Origin: Naegleria gruberi
Lineage: Eukaryota
Assembly: GCA_000004985.1 (NCBI GenBank)
Contig: GG738869.1
Direction: 5' to 3' (one strand)
DNA length: 64,000 bases
Shown: positions 1 through 10,900 of the stretch, in pieces
How the letters are laid out: every line of letters begins with the position of its first letter
How positions within the stretch are numbered: position 1 is the first letter of the stretch
The notes under the pieces: model-generated
The model's database searches: none
The model's input: the letters and a program-made list of their open reading frames with translations, nothing else
Told to the model about the DNA's origin: nothing
Program-made: the position numbers and the translations under genes

Positions 1-794
1 TATTGAACAGTGAGGATTCAATGATATGTTATTGGATGTGGAACTTGATTTATGGACTATGGATACTTTGAGGTTTTGGGGTGTGGAAAAGTTGAATGTA
101 ATTGGAATGGATTCTTGGTTGAGTTCTATTGCATGAATTGAAATTCGAGTAATATAATTAAAAACTGTTTTTGGGACAATGGCTGATAGGAGATTTGAGC
201 ATAAATAAACTTTAAGAAAGTTGTGTTTCCAGAAATGGCTTAAAAACAAAGTTAACATCAGCAAGTGTCATGAAGAGATTTTGAAATATTCCATTCCAAT
301 ACAGAATTTGGGGGAGGGATTCCCTAGAAATTACATAGCCTTTCAAATAGCAGCCAACTAAATGATTCAATAATAATTTAAAAATGTTCTAGCAAATTTC
401 TTACTTGGGTTAATAATCAAACCACTTCTAAGAAACTGCATCTTTCACATAGTGTCAAGTTTAGTATTTTTACTTGACGTGAAGAACCTGGTAATTACAA
501 GAAACGAAAACAGCTGTTTAACAACATCTGAAGATTTATCATCACTGCCAATATCTCTCTTTCATCTGAGCTTAGAGCGCACACGATATCAAAGAATGAT
601 ATCTCTCTAATGTTGTCAAATTGGCTCAATAAATTGAAAGAGTTCCATCATGAACTTAAGATCTTTGCCACCAGAAAACTTATTGCTATTATTTCTTTCC
701 CCTGCTTCTTTACAAAATGTTTAATCTTTTAAATTCAGATCAAAATCTTGGTCAATAAACTTGAAAATTCAAGTTAAAAAAAAGCGCTAAAAAA

Positions 795-1709
795 ATGAGA
801 AAACTCTTGAACGCACAAACAATCAAATCGGGCAGCAAATTGTTGAGAAATAATTCATCATCATCATCAGCCTGTTTATATCATGAAAGTAAACAAGTTT
901 TAAATAACAGCAGCGCTGCTGAACAAAATTCAACAACACATTTTGGATTTAAAACTGTGCTTGAATCGGAAAAGGAAAAATTAGTTGGAGGTGTTTTCCA
1001 CAATGTTGCTAGTCGTTATGATATTATGAATGATTTAATGAGCGGATCATTGCATCGTGTTTGGAAGGATCAACTTATTGAATATCATTATAAACCACAA
1101 GCTGGTGGAACTTATTTAGATGTTGCTGGTGGTACAGGTGATGTTGGTTTTAGAATTGTAGAAGCTTTGAGAAGAAATTCTCCTCCTGGAGTTAAGAGTA
1201 AAGTTATCATTAGTGATATCAATCCATCAATGTTGCAAGTCGGAAAGGATAATGCTGCTAGATTGAAATTGTCTGAATCTTCTCCTAATGTTGAGATTGA
1301 TTGGTTGGAAGCTAATGCTGAAGATTTTACTTCAAAGATTGAAAGTAATTCTGTGGACGGATATACCATTTGTTTTGGTATTAGAAATTGTACTCATATT
1401 GATAGAGTTTTGAAGGAAGCTTATCGTGTATTGAAGCCAGGTGGCTGTTTCTGTTGTTTGGAATTTAGTGAAGTTAATGATGTCATTGTTAAACAAATTT
1501 ATGATTGGTACAGTTTTAATGTCATTCCAAAGATGGGTGAATTGGTTGCAAATGATGCTGATTCATACCAATATCTTGTTGAAAGTATTAGAAAATTCCC
1601 TAATCAAACTAAATTTAAGGGAATGATTGAAGAAGCTGGCTTTAAGAATGCCAGATATACCAACTTGACATTTGGTGTTGTTGCTATTCACTCTGGTATT
1701 AAGCTCTAA
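795..1709 (+). CDS. coq5: 2-methoxy-6-polyprenyl-1,4-benzoquinol methylase (UbiE/COQ5 family), mitochondrial
   Basis: 304-aa single-exon ORF. SAM-methyltransferase motif LDVAGGTGDVGF. UbiE/COQ5 signature regions (VASRYDIMNDLMS, GGCFCCLEF). N-terminal S-rich presequence-like region. aaaATG start context. Confidence 0.85.
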   Translation: MRKLLNAQTIKSGSKLLRNNSSSSSACLYHESKQVLNNSSAAEQNSTTHFGFKTVLESEKEKLVGGVFHNVASRYDIMNDLMSGSLHRVWKDQLIEYHYKPQAGGTYLDVAGGTGDVGFRIVEALRRNSPPGVKSKVIISDINPSMLQVGKDNAARLKLSESSPNVEIDWLEANAEDFTSKIESNSVDGYTICFGIRNCTHIDRVLKEAYRVLKPGGCFCCLEFSEVNDVIVKQIYDWYSFNVIPKMGELVANDADSYQYLVESIRKFPNQTKFKGMIEEAGFKNARYTNLTFGVVAIHSGIKL

Positions 1710-1800
1710 ATAAAAGGGTAAAAATATGAGGTTGTTCTGAATTTTAATTTTCCACACTATTGTCCTGATATATTCATGGAAGGTCACTTTCCAATTATTG

Positions 1801-4305
1801 TTAATTCCCAGTTCTGCCAAGTGAGGCTGTTTTAGTTTGAGTTTTATCACTTGATAAACTGAGTGATGTTGCTGTATAGAAAAAGGAAGTTCTAATCAAT
1901 CTACCCAGTAAACTCTTTCTTCCATTGATCAAGGCAAAAACAATTGAGACACTTAATAGGGTGACACCTAAGGCAAGTGGAATACTTGTCATTAAACCTG
2001 CTGTTACAATGGTCATCTCTGCGTAGGTGATGATGGCCATATTGACAAGGAATACAATGACACTGAATAGGAAAAACAATGTAAATACGCCATCTATCAC
2101 TACCCACTTGTCTTTCTGATTCGATTTCTGAATGTGATTCTTCAATTCAAAACTCAATCCAAAAATGTTGATTGTGCAAATCATTAATAACAATAAAAAA
2201 CCAACACTCATAAATCTGAATAGCAAATCCATTGCAACTATACTAATAGAGATGGAAAAAACAGATGTATGTAAGAAGTAGACAAAGGCCATTGAGTAAA
2301 TGTGCTTTCTGTGTGAAACGAAAATATAATGAATCATTACTCTATTGGAAAGTAAAAAGTATGTCAGCGAAGCAAATGGTGAAAAGATAAGTAAGGGTGA
2401 AAAGATAAAGAATCCATTAGAAAGGAGAACTCTTGCCTCATAAACGCTTGCAAATTCATACTTTCCAAAAGCATAGTAATTTCTTGCGAGTGGTAAAACC
2501 ATTCGAAAGCAATATAAAATCAGTGTTAGTGAGGTGCCAATTATTGTAAACAGAACACCGCCATGTATCAGTATCCTTCTCAATATTTCTCCAATATAGG
2601 TATGCTTTTTAATTCTCAAGAAAAATTCCAAATTCCTCGAATGTTTAAAGTACTTGTCTCTAATTCCAAATTCCTCTCGTACTGTTTTCAAATCCTTAAA
2701 AAGTTGAAAAATTACACTCAGTGGTATGTTAGTGAGTAGTGCACAAGCAATCAAAAGAGGTGCAAAGCAAATTAACCAAAAATAATCATATTCAGGTAGC
2801 TCCAATGATTCATAACCTAATGCATGTAGATTATTATCAATGAATGCAAATTTTAAGAAAATTAGTAGAGTAGATATTAGTATTAATAGGTAGGATAATG
2901 GAAAATATAGTGATCTAGTCAATTGATACATTCTATCCATTGACACTCTTCGATCTTCCAGAAACTCATTAAATGATAAATATTGATTCCTCACTTTTGT
3001 ATAAATATTGAACCAGTTGAACCCCTTCTTCTTTTTTTGTGATACAATTGAAATAGTTGATGGAACTCTGCTGATCAAACTCTTGTTCATATTCTCAGAT
3101 TCCACAATATTAACCGATGAGGATGCAGCAGTACTGTTCATTTCCTTCTCTTTTGAAAATTCATCAAATTCCAACTGTTCCTCATCACTAATAAACTCGT
3201 ATGCTATAGCTCTCAAAAATAGGAAATCCACACTATCCTTCCTCACTCCCAATTTATCCCAAACCTGAGATGGAGGTTTAATAGGGTAAGGCAACTTGGA
3301 TATATAACTTTCCTCAGCAGCTCTAAAATTCAAAAATGTCTGATTTACAAAATCCTTAAATCCCAACACGTATGATTTATACTTTTTCAGTAAAATTCCA
3401 TTCAAAACAAATGAGAGTAAATTCTTTTTCACTCTCAACTCCTTCTGTTCATCAGTGAGGAGTAAATAATCTGCCATCTGTTCAGCACTATTTCCATTAG
3501 CAGCAGTAGTAGTAGCATCAGTTGAATTATTTTCTGATTCATTTGTTGCATCAATGTTAACCATGGTAGAACTCGAGCCAACACTAGGTGCTCCAGTGGT
3601 GGCAACAGTAGTAGTAGTACCAGCAACAGTGGCAGCACTCGTAGTAGTAGTGGTCGATTGATTCTTTTCATTTTCTTTTGCTTTTAAAACTTCCAATTCT
3701 TCACTTTCCTCCAAAATTTCATAAAGTATTGAAATAGGTCCAAACATGAGCTCTTCCTCAATGATTTCCTTCCACCTCCTACAAACCAATCGAACAGAGA
3801 AGAACAATGTCTCATAATCAACATATAAGAAAATGTTTGAGCATACTTCAGGTGGTAGATAGGACTTGGCTGGTGTGTTGGAATTTAAATTCAATTTCTG
3901 TTGAATCCAATTAATGATAGAGATGGGCGAAAAGTGGTTGATATTATTGCTAGGGATCGGAATAACAACTGAGTGATGATCAGCATCAGTGTAGTGTTGT
4001 TGATACTGTTGCTGGTAATGCTCTTGTTGTACTCTCATGTTGGATGAGTATGTAACAACAGCAGTTCCATCCTCTTCATCCTCATCCTCTATTATTGTCG
4101 TTGTTGTCGTTGTATTATTATTAATATTATTATTTATATTGTGATGATAGTGAATTGATTCTTCTTCTTCCGCAAGTGATGATGGAGGTAGGGTTGTTAT
4201 AGCAATTCCAATTTCTTCCAATTGAATTGTTTCCTCCTGTTGTGACAATGCAGATGATTGTTGCTGCGAATTTTCCTCTTCCTCTATGGTCAATTCTTCA
4301 ATCAT
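1801..4305 (-). CDS. F-box-like domain protein with C-terminal polytopic transmembrane region
   Basis: Continuous ORF of 884 aa in the track. The probable start is the internal Met MIEEL at 4305, about 55 bp downstream of the med8 stop. It has acidic/T/N-rich low complexity, then an F-box-like segment (LPPEVCSNIFLYVDYETLFFSVRLVCRRWKEII), then about 10 hydrophobic predicted TM helices in the C-terminal 400 aa. Confidence 0.55.
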   Translation of the reverse strand: MIEELTIEEEENSQQQSSALSQQEETIQLEEIGIAITTLPPSSLAEEEESIHYHHNINNNINNNTTTTTTIIEDEDEEDGTAVVTYSSNMRVQQEHYQQQYQQHYTDADHHSVVIPIPSNNINHFSPISIINWIQQKLNLNSNTPAKSYLPPEVCSNIFLYVDYETLFFSVRLVCRRWKEIIEEELMFGPISILYEILEESEELEVLKAKENEKNQSTTTTTSAATVAGTTTTVATTGAPSVGSSSTMVNIDATNESENNSTDATTTAANGNSAEQMADYLLLTDEQKELRVKKNLLSFVLNGILLKKYKSYVLGFKDFVNQTFLNFRAAEESYISKLPYPIKPPSQVWDKLGVRKDSVDFLFLRAIAYEFISDEEQLEFDEFSKEKEMNSTAASSSVNIVESENMNKSLISRVPSTISIVSQKKKKGFNWFNIYTKVRNQYLSFNEFLEDRRVSMDRMYQLTRSLYFPLSYLLILISTLLIFLKFAFIDNNLHALGYESLELPEYDYFWLICFAPLLIACALLTNIPLSVIFQLFKDLKTVREEFGIRDKYFKHSRNLEFFLRIKKHTYIGEILRRILIHGGVLFTIIGTSLTLILYCFRMVLPLARNYYAFGKYEFASVYEARVLLSNGFFIFSPLLIFSPFASLTYFLLSNRVMIHYIFVSHRKHIYSMAFVYFLHTSVFSISISIVAMDLLFRFMSVGFLLLLMICTINIFGLSFELKNHIQKSNQKDKWVVIDGVFTLFFLFSVIVFLVNMAIITYAEMTIVTAGLMTSIPLALGVTLLSVSIVFALINGRKSLLGRLIRTSFFYTATSLSLSSDKTQTKTASLGRTGN

Positions 4306-4360
4306 TTTTTCATTAATAGTTGAAATTAGGAAACGAATGTCAAATGAATGTACAATTGAT

Positions 4361-5860
4361 TTATTTCTTCTGTTGTTGTTGTTGAGGAGGTTGTTGTTGT
4401 TGTTGAGGTTGTTGTTGACCTGGTTGGAGGAGTTGGAAATAAGGAGGACCAGCAAATTGGGTTGGATTACCTGTAAATCTTACATTTGGATAACCTGATG
4501 GTGTTGGATTACCTCTTGTCATGTTGGCAACATTCATTTGAGGTCTGAAAACCATTGGAGAAATTGGGAAGGAGCCAGGAGTTGCTCCAGCTCTTAACAT
4601 TTGTTGTTGCATGTTAAATAATTGATTTTGTAAATTAGCATTAGGTGATGCTTGTGGTCTACCATTACTTCCAGGAGTAGGACTTGCAGTTGTTCCCATA
4701 TTGTTTACAGACATGGCTGGAGGACGAGATTGAATATTCTTTGGTGTAGTGGTTGCAGATTGAGGTGTTTGCCTAGCACGAGCAGCAGCTGCTGTTGGAG
4801 TTTGAGGTGTTATTGGAGGTGTAATACCTTGAGGAGGAATGAATGAGGGATTGGCTGTTGTCGAAGGTGATGGTGTTTTAACTGTTGGAGATGGAGCTGT
4901 AACACTTGGTGATTTTTTGACAGGTTGTCTACTTGTGACTGGCGTGGTCTTCTTTTGGGTAGCTCTTTTGGATTCTTGACCAGGTGTTTCAACTTCTTTT
5001 TTAACTGGAATAGATGGATTATGAACTGTTGAGATTTTGATCTTTCCTGATGGAGGAGGTTGAGGCATTTGTGTTGGTGGATTATTGTTATTGGCAGTAA
5101 GAACAGGTAAATTAACTTTGAATGGTTCTTCCTTTCGTTCAGGTTTCTTTGAAACGTGCATAATGGCAAAACTCTTCTTTTCAGCGTCTTTGAGATGAGC
5201 AATATCTGTTTTGTCATCATTTTGAAGTCTAGTTCCCCTTTGCATTGAAAATAACAGAGTATTATTCCTCATTTTTGCTTGCTTTCTTATAGATACATCA
5301 AATCTTTGTTGGTCAGCAGTCAATAACTCCTTACATTCTCCAAGTTTTGAATAAGGACGTTGTTGAGTATTTGCCTTCTTATTACCAGCGCTACCATTCG
5401 GCAATGGAGTATTACTTTGTGTAAATTTCCAATTCTCTTTAATAAATGCAGAACATGATGAAATGATATCATCATGATTAGATCGTTTTTCTATTTGTTC
5501 GGAAGGATTTAATAATGAATATGCAAGTTGATTATTACTAGTTATTTGAGGGAGTTCTTTTGTCTCCTTTGTTTTTTGAAGATCATTTGTATACACACTC
5601 AAAATATTTGTTATTCTAACAAGATTATCTACATTTTCATCCTTCGGATATAATAAAGCCATCCTAAAATTTGAATCATCCTTCTTGATCAATGACTGTA
5701 TAGTCTCCAAATTCTTATTTAAAACACAATACTTGTTCAGTAATGTTTCCCAAGAACATAATTTAATGTCAAACTCGCAAATTTTATCCAATGTATCCTT
5801 TGCAGCTCTTTCTATTTGTTCGTAGGTTCTTTGCGATTCATGGAAAGCTGTTGGAGGCAT
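4361..5860 (-). CDS. med8: Mediator complex subunit 8-like protein with P/T-rich and poly-Q C-terminus
   Basis: 499-aa ORF. The N-terminal 150 aa resemble the Med8 family (SWETLLNKYCVLNKNLETIQSLIKK...FRMALLYP versus metazoan Med8 WPSVLDSF..LNTLNKVLKHEK..FRNQVIIP). The C-terminus is QQQPQQQQQPPQQQQQ. The homology call is from memory of the family, not a search. Confidence 0.5.
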   Translation of the reverse strand: MPPTAFHESQRTYEQIERAAKDTLDKICEFDIKLCSWETLLNKYCVLNKNLETIQSLIKKDDSNFRMALLYPKDENVDNLVRITNILSVYTNDLQKTKETKELPQITSNNQLAYSLLNPSEQIEKRSNHDDIISSCSAFIKENWKFTQSNTPLPNGSAGNKKANTQQRPYSKLGECKELLTADQQRFDVSIRKQAKMRNNTLLFSMQRGTRLQNDDKTDIAHLKDAEKKSFAIMHVSKKPERKEEPFKVNLPVLTANNNNPPTQMPQPPPSGKIKISTVHNPSIPVKKEVETPGQESKRATQKKTTPVTSRQPVKKSPSVTAPSPTVKTPSPSTTANPSFIPPQGITPPITPQTPTAAAARARQTPQSATTTPKNIQSRPPAMSVNNMGTTASPTPGSNGRPQASPNANLQNQLFNMQQQMLRAGATPGSFPISPMVFRPQMNVANMTRGNPTPSGYPNVRFTGNPTQFAGPPYFQLLQPGQQQPQQQQQPPQQQQQKK

Positions 5861-5960
5861 TTTTTTTGTCTTTAGTTTGTATTAATAGCCAAGCTAACAT
5901 ACGATTCAGAAAAGCAAACATTAGGAATACCAGAAGCAATTCATAACAAAAAATATTTGC

Positions 5961-6705
5961 ATGTTGAGCTGTGAATTGAGATTTTGTATCAAATTCAATG
6001 TTGGTGAGCCAAGGACTCATAAGAAAACTATGATTAATATGATATGCGAAGACAATGGTGTTTATTCTGTCATCCACTGTACGGAATACAGAGATGTGGT
6101 TTTTGTTGAGGTTGAAAACGTCTCTGGAAAATCAAAAGAATATCCAGATGAGAAGGCTAAAGAAACCATTCGACAAATTCTTCAGCTCACTTTTGTGGAA
6201 GAAGTTTAGTGCTTGACATTGGAAGCTAGAAATCAAAACTTGCCCATGGGACCTTCCCTGATGTCTCATTCACTTGAGATTGAAAAGGAGGATGAATTTG
6301 AAAATCTATGGAAGCAAGCTAATGATAAATTTAAACCAAAGGCCATCAAGAAGAAACCTTCCTCTGTTGTTTCTAATGCAAGCAATAGAAAACAAAACAA
6401 GTAAACCTCATCTGAAACTGTACTAATAGTGGTGTAAGTTTGAAAAAACAATGCCCAGGTAAGTGGTCGCCACGAGAGAATTATTGACCATTCATCAAGA
6501 AGGACCTGAAATTAATGATCTTCCTAATCACCTTCTAATTAAGGGAACTTTAATAGATAATATAAATTTTTATTTTCTCCAAAACGGAGATGAAACAGAG
6601 GCAACTGAAAAGGCAATAGCAAAAATCTCAAATTTAGGGTTAGAGTCTTATGTAGCAACATATCTGGTGAGTTGGATTTATGAACATCTGCTAGTTCGTT
6701 GTTAA
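5961..6705 (+). CDS. Possible unannotated small multi-exon gene (three short plus-strand ORFs; function unknown)
   Basis: Three plus-strand ORFs (5961-6209, 6213-6404, 6463-6705) sit in a 1.2-kb gap between minus-strand genes. The first has a globular-looking segment (VYSVIHCTEYRDVVFVEVENVSGKSKEYPDEKAKETIRQILQ). GTAAGT-like motifs lie between the ORFs. I could not assemble a confident exon model. Confidence 0.15.
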
Positions 6706-7116
6706 TAACAACATGCAAAACTCAATTTCCCTTACATCTAGCTGTTGAGTAAATATTACTTCAAAATTGATAGAAAATGACAATCACACCTTCTCAAACA
6801 GGGGACTTGCCAATTTTTCATGATAATAATACTAAAGGGTCAAGTGAACGTGTACACATTATGCAAGATTTTCATCACCATAACAGATAATAAACATGAT
6901 ATCAAAAGTTTATTAAATTCTTTTTAAACAAAATTTTCAAATCTCTAAGAATGTCCACTAAAATAATAGCCTAATAATTATGAACCTAATAATTATGGAA
7001 TAAATTCATTTCACCTCTTTTCGTCATAAATTCCAATATCCAATAATAATAAATAATAATCAAATTATTAATGATATTTTCTAAAATCAATAATTTGTGA
7101 TCGGAAAAGAAGATGA

Positions 7117-7917
7117 TTATTGTTGTTCTCTGTATCTTCTTTCTTGTTCCTTTTCTTGTTGAATCTTCTTTTCCAAAGCCTTTTGTCTTCTCCTAAGTTG
7201 GTCTGGTGTAATTGGACCATAGAAATTGAAGTTTCCTTCATCAATAGATTGACCTTGTTCTGGGTGTTGTTTAATGACTTGTCCTAACAAGTAGTACTTA
7301 TCAAAACATCTAATTAAATCTGATTGAATATTGGTACAATGTTTTTCAAAGGATTGTTTAGTTTGAACATCTTGTCCTTTGAAGATATACTTCCAAAGAG
7401 AGTCATTTTCCATTCTTTCGTTTTCATTGAAACATTCACTAGAAAGTTTGTGTAATTCGGAACAAGCAACTTTTGAAATACAGGCAAATGTCTTTTCCTT
7501 GATTTGAACACATTCATTTCTTTCAGGGAATGCATCACATAATAATTCTTTAGCTTTTGCAAAGTTATCTTTGCATTGATTGATAGAATTTTGTACTTTA
7601 ACAGTGTTATGATAGTCAAAGAAAATATTTTCTTGTAATTCCTCATTTCCGATTTGTTTAACTTGATTAATTTCCGTTTCACATTTTGAATAATCTTCAT
7701 CATTATTAATTAAACAATTATTTAAATTATTTCTAACTTCCGCATGCATATCCTTGTTTAAAAAAGGACGATATAAACAAGTATGGAATTTAAGATAAAG
7801 TGGATGATTGAGTGGTAATTCTTGATCCTTCCTATGTTGTTTATGAATTTCTCTTCTCAAATCTCTATAGATGTCTGCGCATCTGTTTCCGTATGCATTA
7901 TTAACAAAATCGGTCAT
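7117..7917 (-). CDS. Twin CX9C (CHCH) domain protein, probable mitochondrial intermembrane-space protein
   Basis: 266-aa ORF. Cys spacing is C-x11-C, C-x9-C (CVQIKEKTFAC), C-x9-C (CSELHKLSSEC) and C-x9-C (CTNIQSDLIRC). The C-terminal tail is K/E/Q-rich. The ORF starts 37 bp downstream of the upstream gene's stop. Confidence 0.5.
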   Translation of the reverse strand: MTDFVNNAYGNRCADIYRDLRREIHKQHRKDQELPLNHPLYLKFHTCLYRPFLNKDMHAEVRNNLNNCLINNDEDYSKCETEINQVKQIGNEELQENIFFDYHNTVKVQNSINQCKDNFAKAKELLCDAFPERNECVQIKEKTFACISKVACSELHKLSSECFNENERMENDSLWKYIFKGQDVQTKQSFEKHCTNIQSDLIRCFDKYYLLGQVIKQHPEQGQSIDEGNFNFYGPITPDQLRRRQKALEKKIQQEKEQERRYREQQ

Positions 7918-7954
7918 TTTTTTTAAATTAAATTAAAATTATTTATTTTCACAA

Positions 7955-10900
7955 TTAATATCTAGGAGAGGTAAAATTAGCTGGTCTTGGTGAGTTGTTA
8001 TTACTGTAAGAAAGAGAATAATTGGATGGAGGGCGAAGAATGTTTTGGAATTTTGTAACTTCAATAGTTTGCAATTCCATTTGTTTCTTGGCATCCTTTC
8101 TTCTCTTCTTTCTACTAAGCAATCTTGATAGAATACAGAACAGTAAAGTTATAGAGATGATTGAAATTAAAATGACTGCTCCAATAATTGAACCTGCAAT
8201 AATGATATAGGTAATACTATAATCAATATTAGATGCCATTGGTACGCTTGTTGTTGGGTTAACACTTGTTGCAGGTGTTGGTGTTGTATCTTGACTACTA
8301 ACCACCAAATAAATACCAGTACTTTTAACAGAAATTACTATGGTATTTGAGTTTGATGAATTAATTGTGCAATTTGACGCCTTTGAGAATATACCTGAAG
8401 ATGTCTCTACTCTACATTCAAGAACTGTTCCTGTCTTAGCTGATCTAGCTCCGGATACTCTCTCCAAAGATAATTGAGCAATATTAGAACTTGAAATAAT
8501 GTTTTTTGATGTACTATCAACTAGAATCTTGAAATCTAATGCCTTAGTAGCAAGTAAGAGTGAGGTATTAGACATCTTGTATGAATTCATTGACAATGTA
8601 ACACTTTCAACTCCTTGTAATTCACTAAGTGAGCTGAATGTTGAACTGAGAGTAAATGGTTGAGCACTTGATTGTGTAACATTTTCTGATAATCCATTAA
8701 GTGTAATTGTACTGACCAGTCTGGCATATCTGTATGAATTAACACCTGTAACTCTAACAGCAGGCATATCAGCAACCAATGTCTTTAGTTTAATGTCTAC
8801 AAGATTGTTGTAAATTGTTTGAATAGTCTTCAAGTCAGAGGAAGAGAAAGAATTTAAAGATCTTGTAGAGACCTTGGCAGAAATATATGTCTTGAAAGTA
8901 TCTACAGATTTAATACTTGAATCAATATCACTGGACTTCATGATAATACTGTCCTTTTCATTAACTTTTGCCATTGATTCTGAGAACTTATTAATACCAT
9001 ACGAAACAGCAGTATCTTCCAAGTAGCTTAGTGAGTTACTAATTGAAGATACAACAGATATTGTTGAAGAAATAGAGGCTGGAGTGACTGATGTAAATGT
9101 TTCCTCTGATTCAATTTGAGTAAAGAATTTTTGAATAAAGGTGGTACCAGATTGTGTCAAAGCTTGCTTTTGTGATTCTGTTTGAGTTGTGGTAGTTTGA
9201 ATCAAAGATAACACTGATGAAACAGTTGAAACTGAAACTGTTCCTTGTTGAATTATTTTGAGAGACTCAATAGTGGAAGCCACATCTTGAGGTTTTGTAA
9301 CAGTTACCTCTGAAATGGATTCTGATGTTGCACCATAGTAATCAGAAACTAATGCCTTTACTTGCCAAATGCCAACAGGCATGTAGGTGGAAATGCTATT
9401 CTTTTCTGAAAGAGCAGATAAAACCATCCAGTCATCACTGCTACCCTTCTTCCTATACATAAACTTATAGCCTAGAGGTAAGTGTACATCAGTCCATCCA
9501 CTTGCACAATTAAGTTCAAAAAGATCTACCAATGTTACACCTGTTGAAGGAAGGATTGCAAAGGTTCCAGCAGTTGGAGGAGAATTTGTTGTAAATGTAA
9601 GAGAAGTTGATCCAGACTTGGAGCCATCTGTTATCTTCAAATTGACAGTGTAAGTTTTTCCTGCAGAAAGTAATGATTTGGAAATGACAAGGTACTTGTT
9701 GGAGGTGGATGGTAACACAAGATTTGAACTTGACCATTGATAAGTTCTGGAAGATGAAAGGGTATCCTTTGAAGAGGCTTCTAAGGTGAGATCACTAGTT
9801 GGATCAATGACAGAAGTAGAGACATCACTTGGAGTTACAATGACAACACGTAAAACAGTTGATTTGGCCACATTAAGTACCTTAACTTTTAGTGAAGCAG
9901 CCATAGTTCTTGTTCCCTTGCTGAATTTAGCAGTAAAGTAATAATTACCAGGTTGCATAGCACGATTAAATGTAATACTGGAAGCAAATTTGTAACTTGC
10001 AGAACTGAAACCATCACACGATCCAGAGGTGTCCACTTCATAACAAGTGAGAGCCAAAGAACCTGTAGTTCCAGTTGAATCACTTGGATCTTGTAAATAA
10101 ACAATAAAGTTAACATCATCTTCATATGATTGAGACATATCCCCAATATTGAAAGAGACCTTAAGAGGTGTTGCCTTAGCAGTCACTTTGAATGAAATAG
10201 ATACACCAGCAGCATAAAGAGTAAAATAATAGTCTCCTTCTTTTGTAAGTTTAGTGAAACTATCACTGAATACCAAAAATTGTCCATCTTGCTTAATTAC
10301 AACGTTATCAGCTGAAGTTGTAGTATTCAACTTATAGACATAGGTCACAGTTTGGGATGCATCGTAGCAAACAGGGAATGTAATATCTGGTGTGATAATA
10401 GCTGTACTTCCAATCATGAAACTAGTTTCAACACCTTCTTTAATTGTAAGTTGAGGTAAAGCCCTTTCCGTTACAGTTAAGGAAACAATAGCTGTTGAAT
10501 AGTTTCCAGAGAATGAGCTTGTTACCTTCACTTGTGCTTTGTAAGTACCCACAATTAATGTATCAGGTGAGAATGTAACACTAGATGTTATTGATTTGTT
10601 GATGAGATTATTTAAAGTTGAGCGTGAACTTTCGCTTGGGGCAGAAATTGCATACCAAGAATAAGTTAACTTTCTACCATCTGATGAAGTAGATGCAGAT
10701 GCATTAAATGTTACAGTTCCACATCCTATTCCAATAGAGCTCTTATCAGATTTTACACTAGCAACAGGTGGAACAATTATATAATCTTTTTGGGTAACAT
10801 TGACACTAACAATGCTTGCTGATCCTGGATATGTGCGAAGCAAGATTGTGTCTCCAATTACTATTGTTGGAGAAGATCCCAAGTTAATTTGAAGAGTACT

